Of a stretch of DNA of 64,000 nt, positions 1 through 18,596 are shown one piece after another (within the stretch, counting starts at the first letter, position 1; each line of letters starts with the position of its first letter). Source of the DNA: Vicugna vicugna (Eukaryota). The translations under genes were made by a program, and so were the position numbers. The notes under the pieces were generated by a model, which was given only the letters and a program-made list of their open reading frames with translations, was not told the origin of the DNA and searched no databases. The DNA lies in the NCBI GenBank assembly GCA_013265495.1, contig MU063101.1, positions 544,276 to 608,275 on the forward strand, in the 5' to 3' direction.

Positions 1-1684
1 CGGGTAGGCTCGGGCCGCCGCTTTCCCCCACCACTACCAGCTTCCACTCCCCTACCAACCCCGGCCAGGGGTGGCTGCCACCTCGCAGCCAGGGGCCGCC
101 AGGACAGCTCGTCTGGCAGACTGGCAGAAAGGCACCATGGCCAGCCGCTCCCGGCAGCCTCTGTCTTCACCAGGGGCCTCCTCCGTCAGCCCCTTGGCCT
201 CTCTGCCCACTCCTGCCCTCTCGGTTCTTGGTGCCACCCAGACTCGCTCTGCCAGGCCTTTGCTCTCCCTGTTCCCTCCCTGGGCTCTGCCCAGATGCGC
301 TTGGCATGCTCCTGCAAACTCCCAGATTGCAACTTAAACGTCCCCTTATGAGTGAGGCTCCACTGCCTCGGTATCAATAATAATAATAAAAATAATGATC
401 ATGATAACTTCTTAGCTGGAAGTAATGTATATTTTACTTTTTTTTTTCTTAAACTCTTTCCCGTAAACTCCCATGTAAGGCATGCTCGTAAGGCATGCTT
501 GTACGGCAGGAATTTGTGTTTCTTTCTTTCACTTGTTCTGTTCCAGCAGGGGCCTGGTAAGCGCAGGTTGATGGGATGAATGGACTTGCACAGGTGTTAG
601 GTTTCCTACAGAGGGGGCCACACTCTGCATCCTGTTTTATGCCCTGCTTTCCCAGCTAATGTACTGTGGCCATCCCTCCCTGTCACTGGACAGTCCTCTA
701 GAATGCACAAAGGGCCACACAGGCACATCAAGGAGAAGTACCTGGACCACCAGTGTGGATTGTGTTAGGCCAGGTCCCAGGACGCTCAAGATGGGCTGTG
801 CCCTTTCATAATGTGGGACTTGTGCCCTAGTTATCCCCATTTTACAACTTAGAAGCAGGATCAAAGAAGGTAAGTAACTTGTTGAAGGCCCCACAGCTGT
901 TTAGTGCTATAACCTGTACCATGAACCACCACGCTATAATCATCACTACAATGGAAATTTAAAACAGCCGAGATATTTTACCTGTGCGTTTTGGGGTGCG
1001 TGCCCTGTGCCTGGCAGCCTCACCTTCAAATTTCTCCCTCCCTCCACCCCAGTTTCCCAAATGCTGGGAAAGGGCCCTACTGCTCACCAGAAACAGGCCT
1101 CCCTGGAGCTTTCCCACCTGGTACAGCCTCTACCAGCTCTTGCTGGGACGTAGCAGGGGCCCCTGGCTCGCCCTGGGCCCAGTCATGCCCTGTGATGTTG
1201 TATGCTCAATTCCAAGGGCAGGATGCCTGAGTGAAGAGGCCTGGTTCCACATGAACAGGAAGTGGATAGCTTGCCCTCTGAGCTGTGCTGACACAGCCAG
1301 CGTGACTGCCACTGATGTTGAGCTGAGCCTCCACTGAGCCTTCTTGGCCATCCCCGAGACCAGAGGAGCATCCTCAGCCCACTAGCCACCTGTACCCTCA
1401 CCATGCTTCAGTCCCCACCCCTTCCCCTACCTGACCACACTGCCCAAGGGGTTTTTAACAACTATAGACCAATTAAATTACTTGTTCAAGGTCCTCCAGA
1501 CCATGAGAAACTAGGCCGGGGCTCAAATCCTGCCAATGCCTGGCTGCTGTCCACAGGGCCCCTCCAGAGTCAGGGCCTGGAGGAGGAAGCCCAAATGCCC
1601 CCTTCCACTTAGCTGTGGGTAGAGGGCCACCTTGTTCAGCTCCACCTTTGCCCTTGACCCTGCCCCCAAGATCAGCCATCGCCG

Positions 1685-1813
1685 CACCTGCTGCCATCCC
1701 AGGCCCTGATGCCAGCCCTGCTCTGGCACATCCTGCCCACTCGGACACAGGCCCAGGAAAGAGCTTATCACCTCAAGGTCTCCAGATACCAGCCTGGTGC
1801 ACAGGGATATTAA
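1685..1813 (+). promoter_or_regulatory. Proximal promoter of chymotrypsinogen gene 1
   Basis: TATA-like GATATTAA at 1806-1813; GATA site CTTATCA at 1764-1770; NR5A-like TCAAGGTC at 1773-1780; E-box CACCTG at 1685-1690 followed after 4 nt by a degenerate TC-box (CATCCCA), resembling a PTF1 site. Motif matches only. Confidence 0.55.
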
Positions 1814-1860
1814 GGGGAGCCCTCCAGGGAGGCATCTTACACCTCTCTGGCAGCAGCACC

Positions 1861-4703
<2,843 letters not shown>

Positions 4704-4745
4704 GCCCCCAGTCTCACCTTGGCCTCCCTGCTTCCACAAAGCCTC

Positions 4746-4751
4746 AATAAA
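4746..4751 (+). terminator. Polyadenylation signal of gene 1
   Basis: AATAAA 43 nt after the TGA, followed by a GT-rich stretch (~4770-4795). Confidence 0.85.
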
Positions 4752-5048
4752 CCGGTAGAACACATGTCGATGGTGTCTGTGTCCTATGTTGGTGATTCTG
4801 AGAACTCACTCTGCTTGAGAACTTGGGCCTTCATTGAGCCAGGCAGGAGGGCCTCTCCTTAGAGCCCCACTAAAGAATGTCAAGGAAGGGCATAGGCAGA
4901 TGAAGGGTGATCTTGGTCTCTATCCCTCACCCAACACTCCCCTCCACCCTCTGGCTGCTGGGTCCTTGCATCCACCCCTGCTCAGTGTGCTCAGGGCCAG
5001 CCCTGGGGAGTGGGTGGCTGGGAGGTTGAGCCCAACGCTGGCCCCATG

Positions 5049-5201
5049 CACCTGGGATTCCAGGAAACCTTCCCAGGTGCAGCCCCCAAGGGCTGCCTCT
5101 TTCCCAGGCCTGCGCTGGAGCCAGGTGCTTCTCAGCCCAAGGACTCAAGATAAGGAGTAATGGCGAGGCAGGCTGCGATTGGTGGGCTGGGGAAATATAT
5201 T
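5049..5201 (+). promoter_or_regulatory. Proximal promoter of chymotrypsinogen gene 2
   Basis: CACCTG at 5049-5054 with CTTCCCA at 5069-5075 (two-helical-turn PTF1-like spacing); TTTCCCA at 5100-5106; AGATAAG at 5148-5154; ATTGG at 5178-5182; TATA-like AAATATATT at 5193-5201, 47 nt before the ATG. Confidence 0.55.
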
Positions 5202-5247
5202 GGGGGTCCCTCAGGCAGACCCCATCTCACCTCCTGAGCCACACATC

Positions 5248-8865
<3,618 letters not shown>

Positions 8866-8903
8866 GCCTGTTCCACCCCACCTCCCAATTTGTGTAAAAC
8901 CCA

Positions 8904-8909
8904 AATAAA
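8904..8909 (+). terminator. Polyadenylation signal of gene 2
   Basis: AATAAA 39 nt after the TGA; TGTGTGTCTT downstream near 8941. Confidence 0.85.
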
Positions 8910-9829
8910 ATTACTGAGAGCAACTGCTTGCATCTTCACTTGTGTGTCTTCGCTAGAGTAGGGAGAGGGGAGGTAAGATGGCTGCCTTCACTGGGGTCCC
9001 CTCTGGAGTTCAGAGCTGAGGGGGCTGACAGATCACCTAACCCTATTTCCTTCCTCACAGAGACAGGGAAACTGAGGCCCAAGTTCATATGCAGAATGGT
9101 GAGAGCTGAGAGAAGCACCTCCTTCCCAGGGCTCTTGTCTTACTTGGGGTGCCAAGACTTTTGGAAAGGAGACCAATGACCCAAAGTGAGGGCCTCTCTG
9201 GGCCCCCACCTCCCCACTTGGATGCCAAGTCCATGTGTAATTCAAATAAGATGTCCCACAAGCTGAAATTAGGGGCTTCTTTCTAAGAGCTAAGTTCCGG
9301 ATAAGGTCTGTGAAAGCGAGCTTCTCTATGTGGAATCATGTATCTCCTACCAGTGCCCTCAGCCGGGACACAGTTCTCTGCCTTGGGATGTAGGGACTCC
9401 TGGAGCTCCCCCAGCCCCCACATCTGCCTTCGCCTTGGCCACCTGCCCTGGGACCATGCTGGATTTGCATCAGACCTCAGCGCTGGCTGCAGCCTTGGCT
9501 GCCGCACCGAAACCCAGCTTTTCTGGTCCCAGCAGACTGCTCTTCAACCTCCCTCCTGCATCCTAGGCTCAACCGCAGCCCTCCCCCACCTCGAAGGAGA
9601 TGCCTCAGCCTCATCTCCCTGGCCCAGCCCTGCTTCCCGGGGCCTTGGTTTTCTTCTGAAGGGGCCCATTTTCTCTTCACCCTCTGGAGAGGCTGCCCAC
9701 AGCCTCAGCACGAATCCCCTCAACCCACCACTCCCACCTGTGGCACCGAGAGCGAGGACACACCTGCCCTCCCACCTTCCGGCATGCTCACCTCTCATGC
9801 CTCAGGAGGCCGCTTCTCGGTTTTGAAAT

Positions 9830-9835
9830 TTTATT
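9830..9835 (-). terminator. BCAR1: BCAR1 polyadenylation signal
   Basis: TTTATT on + (AATAAA on -), at the end of an AT-rich patch about 475 nt after the BCAR1 stop. Confidence 0.8.
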
Positions 9836-10308
9836 TAAATGTAGACTATTAGTCAAATGATTGGAAAATCAATAATGAAAAATAGTTTTTTAGGGTTTTC
9901 TCCTGGTGCAGAGGGAACATGCCACAGTTGCGCTTTCCCTGTGGAGGGGCCACCGGCACCCTTACTGGGCTGGGTCAGCCCACAGGGTCACCTGAGGCCA
10001 CGTGGGCCAAGGGGCCTGCAAGCCCCTGGCCCGGCCTGAGTGTTGGGCCCGCAGGACAGCTGTGCACTCAGGAAAAATCACCAGCCTGCTCCTGGCCTCG
10101 GCACCAGGGCCCAGCTCTGCTCAGGCTCCTCTGAGGAGGCACCATCCCACATCCTGCCCCGTCATAAATATATACAAATCCCTGACAGTCTGGGGCACCA
10201 GGCCCGGGTGGAGCTGGGGTCACCTGTCCCCATGGCCGAGGCATGACGGCTCTCTGGGGGCCATCGCTGCCCACCTCCCCTGCCCTCTGTCCCTCTAGGT
10301 GACAGCTC

Positions 10309-13300
10309 TCAGGCGGCTGCTAGCTGGCCCAGGACCCGGCGGAACTGCTGGGTGCTGTGGCCCAGCTCCTTGACCCTGTCCACCATGTCCTGGGCGGCGG
10401 CAGGAGATGGGTACTGTAGGGCGGCGGCCTTGGTGGTGGCCACGATGCCGCGCAGGAGGTCGCACAGCAGGTTGCTGTAATGGGTCACCTGGCTGCGCAC
10501 GTCAGCCGCCTTGGCCTGCCGTGACAGTGTGTCCCCGATGAACACCAGCTTGTGGGCGCTGAGGATGACGAACTTGCTGTGTGCCACGAAGATCTTGGGT
10601 GGCTGGTTGGTGGCCACGGCGGTGAAGAAGGCGTCCACCGCGTTGGTCAGTGTGGTCAGGTTCGCCTCGCACTGCTCCAGGTAGAAGAGCAGCAGCTGCC
10701 GGTCTGAGGGCCCCAGGCCGCCTGTCCGCCCTGGGGCCAGGGGCTGGGCTGGCGTCCAGTTGGCCAGGTCGTGGTCTATGGGCCGTGATACCTCCTGCTC
10801 CAGCCGTTCAAACTGCTTCATCTGGGGCAGAGGGAAAGCAGAGTGAAAACCATGGCCAGGGAACAAAAGAGACAGAAAGGGGTGCCTGCTAGACATTCTC
10901 CAAACAGCTCTACTGCCAATCTCAAAAGGTTTAATTCCATTTATGCCACATTTTTGCAATGATAAAATGAAAGAAATAGAAAACAAATGAGCAGGGGCAG
11001 GGGTGAGGGATGTCAGTCTCTTGGTTCGAGGGCTGTTCTCTAGTTACTTCAGATGTGATCACTGGGAGAAGGGTAGGTAGGACTGCCCTGCACTCTGTTT
11101 AAAACTTCCTATGAATCAGTAAGTGCTTCAAAACAAAAAGTTAAAAAAAAAATTTCACCTTAACATATATACTGTAAAAAGATTCAAATACACCAAGCAT
11201 AAAAAAAGACAGGCATCACCTGGAATCCCACCCATCCAGAAATAACCTCTGTTAAATCTTGGGTAAATTATCTTTTAGAACTACTGAAGTATTTGCAGAT
11301 GAAATGATGTAACATCTTCAAAATGATCTGGGGGAAAGGGGTGTCAGATACACTGGATTAGTTGCTGTGCTGAGTATGGGTAGGGCTGAGCAAATGGTAC
11401 CCAGGGTTCCTTTTCTCCAGTGGGTACCTGGGGGACTATGTTCTTCAATTTTATGTATGTTTTAAATTTCCCACAATAAAAATTTTAAACAAAAGCAAAA
11501 AGGTCATGGTATTTGAAATTTCAGAAAACAATAACTCACACCAAAAACTGGTGTACATTCTTCAAGAAGTTTTCCTTTAAAGATGGATATTCCCATTTCC
11601 TTTTTAATTAGAAAACTGGAAAGAACACAATATATAATATTTTATAGCCTATTTTAGCACACAGCAATAGGTCATGCATTTCACGTCAGTGAGTACGTAT
11701 GAACTGTGTGGTAAGGCAATAATTTCCACCAGCGGCAGCCTTGCCTGGATGTCAGCAGTGTGGACCAACGTGTCTTCATAAGCTGGTTCTAACTGCGTGG
11801 CTGTGACCGGCCATGTATATTACTTGTTTCTATTCTAACCAAGGTTTCAGGCTTTAATTAGCAAACCAATATGAAACTGTCACTTCCTAGCACTTGAAAC
11901 CCTCTGACTTTCCCTCTTTGGCAGCTACTTGGTGAAACTCGCCTCCCGGTTCTCTTGTCCAGAGAAAGAATACACTCATTTTTATTTTAAGTCTGTTGGG
12001 TCCTTTTCATTCTCTGACAATTCTTAATAGCTACATAATATTCTACTGTATAATGCTCATACTTTATTAACCAATACTCTATTGTTAGATATTTGAGGGG
12101 GGGTTCCAGATTTTCCACTGATATGGAAATGGAGCAACAAACATTCCTGTCAATACATTTTATGTACCTATATTTCACTTGTACCTCATGTTCCTCTCTT
12201 AGGAGCTCTAAATGTTTAGTTTCTCATACACATTCCTTTTCTTCCAGCTCCTAATAATTTATCTAAGTGATCAGTCAGATATGTGAAGAGACTTATAGTC
12301 AGCATAGCATTGTTTACAAAAGTAACTCTGTGCACAACCTAAACGCCCACCAACATGGGACTGGTTAAATAAATGCTAGAAGAGCCCAGAGGAAGATAAA
12401 GCAGATAAAGCAGAGGTCCATCACCCAAGTCAGTGGAGATTCCACATACAGCTAATCATGAACATGTTCTGTGTGCCCAGCACCTCCTAAGCATTATACA
12501 TGGTTCACTCATTTAATTCTCACATCAGCCCCACGATGAGTACAACTGTGCTCCTCACTTTACAGCTGGGGAAACGTGGCTTTGAAAAATGCATGCCATG
12601 TGCCAGGTCTTAGACGGCACCGGCAGGCTCTCTCCAAGCCACCCTTCCCCGTGCCCAGGGAAGATGGGCTGACGGAAACTTTCTGGCTGATATTTCACAT
12701 TCATGTTGGACTAGACTATATTTTAATTTTTTAAATCTTCATAATCAGAATAAAACTCCCTTAAAAAAATTCCTTTCCTACTCTCAGTAAATGATCCAAA
12801 ATATGAAGAAAATCCTATGTCTGCAGATAAACACAGCAGTGTTATTTACAACAAGGAACACTGGGCACAAGGTAAACATTCAACTATAACAGATGCATGC
12901 AGCCTTTAAAAACAATTTATGAGGAATATTTAATACCATGGAAACATCTTGAGATAGAAACAGATGTAACTGTTCACAAAGTCGCATCTCAAGCATGGAC
13001 AGAGGCTCCTTCTCAGGCAGGAGCAGGGCTAGAAGTCAGAGCACGGTGACCACCCCTGGGGGTAAATGGCTTCTTTTTTGTTTCCACACTTTCCCATGTG
13101 TGCTAAAATCTCTAATGATTACTCTGATAATAACCTAAATATAAATCCAATGAGCACATGGAGACAGTCATGCAGCTGAGCAGGGATGGGTTGCGAGTGA
13201 GGGGGCACCTGGGAGGCTCAGCTCTGGAGACAGATTCTTAGGGACGCCTGTGCTGGGAAAAGCCAGGAACCTGAGTGCCCTCACCTGCTGCAGCTCCAGC

Positions 13301-16300
13301 TGGCCCTTCCCCTGCCGCATGATGTTGCCCTTCTCCAGCAGCTCCTTCTGGGTCTTCTCAAACTCTTCCTTCCCCTGGAGGGGAGACACAAACAAGCACT
13401 GGGCTGAACCAGAAGTCCCCACAGGCCCAGTGAGGTGCAGTGTGAGGCCAGGGGCCACCAGGCGGCGCTGCACGCTGCACGCAGGTCCAGGGTGGGGCAG
13501 CTTCCTGAGGAAGCAGCTCTCCTGGGCCTCCTTCACCTCCTGCCCCCAGGAAGGGGCTAGGTACACTTCGCACGGCCATGGCCAGCCTCCCTACCCAGTT
13601 CCCATGTCAGGGATCACATCCAAGCCCGTCCCCTTGGCATACATGGTCTGCCCACCCATCCCTGACCACTGGGCCTTGGCACCTGCCAGCTCTCATCTTG
13701 GAGTGCCACTCACCGGGATGTCCACTCAGCAGGCACCCTGGCCTCTGCTCAGAGGCCCAACCCACCCCACCTGCCCATCGCCTTACTGCTTCCCCTATGC
13801 CTGTAAGTAACTCTGTCTTTGCTTGTACTTCAGAATTCATCTCCCCAAACAGAAGAGGGCCACCTCTGCCCTGGTCACCAGAGTAGCCCAGCTCTTAAAG
13901 GTGTTCAAGAGTGTACCTCCTGGGTGGTACTGCAGGACCCCTGATGACACAGCCACACGGGCCCAAAGAACTGAGATAGGGAGATGGGTTTCCGGGGGCC
14001 CATCGGCCTGGAAGGTCAAAGGGAGGAACGTGCAGGAACTCACCAAGGCCTTGCTGGGGACCTTCCAAATCTTCCTTTGTCCACAAGAGCTCTCTGTGGT
14101 GGGGGGACCAGGGTCCCCACGACAGGGGTGTCAGTCAGGGACCTGAGGGGACCCCCCAGGGGACCAGGGAAGCTGGGCAGAGAGGGCACCCACCTGCAGG
14201 TGGACATAGTCGTAATCCTCCATCCAGCCTCCCTCACTGTTCTCGTATTGGCCATCTGGTGAGTCCTGGGAGGTGAACTTGGGGGGTGAAGGCAGGGGCC
14301 GGGACTGGATGCTGCTGGTCTTGTCAATGGGGTTAGGGTGCAGGGGGCCACCCCCCTCGGGCCCCAAGACAGGGGCCTTGGTCCGTCTGAAGAGCAGCGA
14401 GGCATTGCCATGCAAGAAGGAGGCCAGCTGCTTGGCATCCTCGGGCACAGCCCGAGAGCAGGCCACCAGGCGATCCACGTCTTCGGGGGTGGCCCCCAGG
14501 CCTCCCCGGCCACTGTCAAGAGCCTGACCATGGGCCACCAGCGTCTGGTACACGTCCTCCATCTTCTGCAGTTGCCGGCTAAGCTTGGCATGCAGCGTGC
14601 GGTCAGAAGTATGGGCAGCGTTGCCCACGGCGCTGCGGGCAAACTCTAGCAGCTCGTGGACGGCCCCGAGGACGGCAGCCACGGCAGCCCGCAGGTCCTG
14701 TACTGGGGGCTCCTGAGGTTCAGGGGCACTGCGCCAGCCCCCACACCCACCAGCACTGCCTGCCAGGTCCAAGAGGTGGGCCACGGTGGCGCTCACGCCC
14801 TGCTGCAGCCGTGCCAGGGCCTCCACGGCCACTTCCAGCTCCAGGGGCTCACGGCCGGGCACTGCTGCCTCCAGGGAGGAGGCCGACTGGCTGCTGCGTG
14901 TGCTGCCCGTGCTGGAGGCCGACAGGCGCTTGGCATCGGCCGGGGCCTCTCGCTCAGCTGGCGGGGGCACCGCGTACACCCCGTCGTCGGCCACACTGCC
15001 GTCAGCAGCCTCAGGAGGAAGAACCCGCTCTCGGGGCACATCGTACAGGGTGCCAGGGCCAGGCCGCCGCAGGCCAGGGGGCACATCGTAGAGGTCAGGA
15101 GCTGGAGGTGGCACGTCATACACGTCCTCCGCTGGTGGTGAGTCTGGAGGGGGCGCAGCAAGGACCAGTGGGTGGCGGGTCGGATCAAAGGGCTTGGCCT
15201 TGGCGAAGGCAGGGGGCACGTCATAGGTCTCCTCACGCAGCAGTGGGCCGTCGGGCACGTCCTTGCTCACCGATGGAGGAACATCATAGACCTGGGGGCC
15301 AAGAAGTGGTCAAGGCTGCTACCCATCTGCCCACCTAGGAGCCTACAGGCAGGTCCCAGTCACACACACAGACACGGCCCAGGGCACACATTCACATTCA
15401 TGATTCTTCTCCACACAGGTTAAGAGCCCAACTCTGGAGCCAGATCAGAGCCCAAGATCCTGGCTTCACTGCTAACAAGCTGTGTGACCTAACGCAAATG
15501 ACTCCACCTCTCTCTGCCATTCTGCTCATCTATAAGATGGGGGAAATTCCTCACAGGTTTATTGTGAAGATTACATGAGTTAATTCACTGCGTGAATGAG
15601 AGGTCAGTCCTCATACCATCATCACCACTGCGACCACCACCACCACCATCGTCATTGCTGTCACCACTACTGCTATGTATTCTCTACTCTGTGGCAGGTA
15701 CTTGGCTGAGCTATTTGCATGTTGTATTCAGGGTGACAACACCTGTGTTCGCCCAGGACAGTCCTCGTTTGTGCCTGATGCCCCTTCATAATTATTGGTC
15801 ATCTTCCTTTTGCGCTCAGAAGTACCCTGGTTTTGAGGATAAATTCTGTGGTCACCTTGCTGATATCCTGTGTGATCCTCTCAAGAACCCTTTGAAGGAC
15901 CTACAAGGGGGCTTTTACAGACGAGGAAACTGAGGCTCAGAGGGTGCTTAGTTTCCACGTCTGTCAGAGCGAGTGAGGGGTAGAGCCAGGGTTGAGAGTC
16001 TCTCAATGTCTCCAGCCCTGCCAACCTGGGTCCCCATCCCAGGGCACACAATCAGTCACATCCAGAATCCTACACACAAGTCAGGCCTCAGCATCCCCAG
16101 ACTACTTACTGCGTGGTGGTTGGACTGTGGCAGGCCCTTCTCCACACTGGGGGGCACATCATACACGTCCAGTGATGGGTCCCGACCATTGGGACCCTTG
16201 ACAGCCATGGGGGGTGTGTCATATACCTGAGGGCAGAAAAGGTGAGGTGATATAGATGCTGGGGCAATGTGAGGGGAGGGAAAGAGCAGAAACCCACAGC

Positions 16301-18557
16301 ACCCCCCAGGAACACCCTGGCTGGGGCTGAGAAAGCCCAGCTCCCCGAGGACCCCCCTGCACATCCCATCCCCAACACCTACCTCTTGACCATACTGGCT
16401 GGGAAGCAGCCCCCGAACAGGGGGCACGTCATAGATGTCCTGGGGCCCTGGGGCCAGCAGGTGGCGCGGGATGTCGTACTCGTCCTGCTCTGGCTGGGAG
16501 GCCTCAAACACATAGCCTTGCCCCACTCGGGTGGGCACCACCACCTGGGGGCAGACAGTCAACTGTCACCACTGGCCCTGGAAGCCAGCTCCAGGATCTA
16601 CCCTCAGGGAGATTCCATGCCCCACTGAGGTGGGGAAGACACACATAGGGGGCTTCCCAAGGGTGGGCTCAGAGGCTACTCGGACACACCCAGAATCCCA
16701 TACACAAGGGGGTCCTCATCCTTCTGTATTCCCTGCCCTTTCTCCAATGAAGCACAGCACTTGGGGAATACTAGGACCCCGCTGTTTGTGTAGAATCATC
16801 TAGTTCTGGCAGGAAACAGAAGCAGTCTCCAGAGGTGGATGACCCAGAAGGTCCCAGAGGCGGGGTACCCATGGGCTGATGGGGGGAGCACCCTTGACTG
16901 GGGAGCCCCTGCCTGATGGCACCTCTCAGCTGCACCCTCTGCAGACAGGCCTGCCCAGCAAAAGGCTGTTCCTACCAAAGGACCCAGCAGTGACCTTCTG
17001 GCTCCAGGACAAATGGTGCCAGGCTGGGCCTCCTCAGGCTGGGTCCAGAGGAGGTGGCCAGCAGGAAGTCCTGACAGTCTGGGCCTGAGGCCTGCAAGGA
17101 GGCAGCAGCCTGGCAGGGGAGCAAGCAGAGCCCCTGGCCTCCCTGTTCCCCCAGCACATCTTGGGGAGACTTCTGAGGACAGGGCCACCAAGGACTCCCA
17201 GACCTCAGGGCCAGTTCTAGGGCAAAAGGAGAGATGGAGCTGTTTTGGAAGGTCGGGTGTGGGTGTGAAGGAGTGACCCAGACCAGAACCAAGACCCCTA
17301 CTCCCTACTGCACCAACCACAGGGCCACTGAGACCACCACTCAAAAAGAAGAGGGCTTAGTTGGGGGATGTCAGCCCAGAGAGAAGGCCAGTCCCTTCCC
17401 TTCTTCAGTGGCCTGCCCCTGGCCTGAGGTCCACAGTGGTAAGCTGCCCAGAGCCCTTCATGCCAGCACACCTGGCAGGCAGTGCTGGGTGGGCAGCAGT
17501 CTCCTTCCCTGCAGGCACCCAGGCCTGTGGGAGGGGTCAGCCCTGCAGGAGGGGCCAGCAGGGTCTTCTAAACTCCCCTACAAGGCTCCCTGCTCAATTC
17601 TCTCTGATAAAAAGGCCTTTTGTTCCCTAATCAAATGGGAGGTCTGGGACAGGGTTGACTGAGGCTTTCCCCACATACAACCCAGGGAACAGCAGGGCTC
17701 ATGCCCCCTTGCCTGCGCCCAGCCCCCATGACACCAACAATCGGCTCTGCAGGCCTGTGCGCCCTGGAGGGTGCAGGATGCATGCCACATGCTGGGCACC
17801 CAGGAGCAGCAGTGTCCCCACTGAGGCTGGGCACCAGCACTTTTCTGATCAGCCCTGGGCTTGGCAGAGGCTCCTGCTGATGCATCCCCTGCCCACCTCT
17901 GTTAGCTGCTGGGACGAGCTCCTCCATGGGGTGTTCCCTGCCCACCGCACCCCTGGCGAGTCTGGGAGTGGAACTGGCGGCCCTCCCCAGACTCATCTCT
18001 CTCTGAGCCCCAGACTTGTGTCTCCTCCAGAGCTATTTTTAGATGCTGGAACCTGCCAAGAGCAGGGCAGGCGGGGCAGGCAGGGGGCTGGCGGGACGTG
18101 GCAGGTTGGCGGGGCCTTGAGGCAAGTCCTGAGGCGTCTCCAGGCCCTGCTGGCCTTGGAAGGCAGGTGGGAACTGGGCCCAGGATGAGGGTGCACCCGC
18201 CCTCTCTGTGCCCCAGGAGTGCCTGCTCCATCTCACACTGATGGGGGGTGGGCACTGGGGGCTGGACCAGGCCTGGGCCATGGGCAAAGTGCCACTTGTG
18301 TGGCTGAGTCGGTGACAGTAAGCAGCCATATAGACCAACAAATGTTTTCTGTTATAAAGAAAAAGGCGGGCAGCCACGAACAGGGGAAGTAAAAGCTCAT
18401 TAGGGAAACCAACACTCCAGAGAGCCGCGGAGCCCATTAATCACAGGCCACCCTGCTCCGCACCTGAGGCCCCGTTAGCAGGACCTGGAGCCTGTGGGGG
18501 TGGGGGACGCAACCAAAGTCTGGGGGGAGGCACAGATCCCAACTCAAGACCCACATG

Positions 18558-18596
<39 letters not shown>

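Noticed and set aside
1-350. CpG-containing start with a donor-like CGG|GTAGGC, possibly the end of an upstream exon
   Set aside because: Too little context at the window edge; no recognisable peptide.
8904-9835. Overlap of the convergent gene 2 and BCAR1 3' ends
   Set aside because: The poly(A) signals are about 920 nt apart, so the mature transcripts are not predicted to overlap.
14040-15423. Multiple antisense and alternate-frame ORFs over BCAR1 exon 5
   Set aside because: Shadows of a GC-rich coding exon; no independent evidence.
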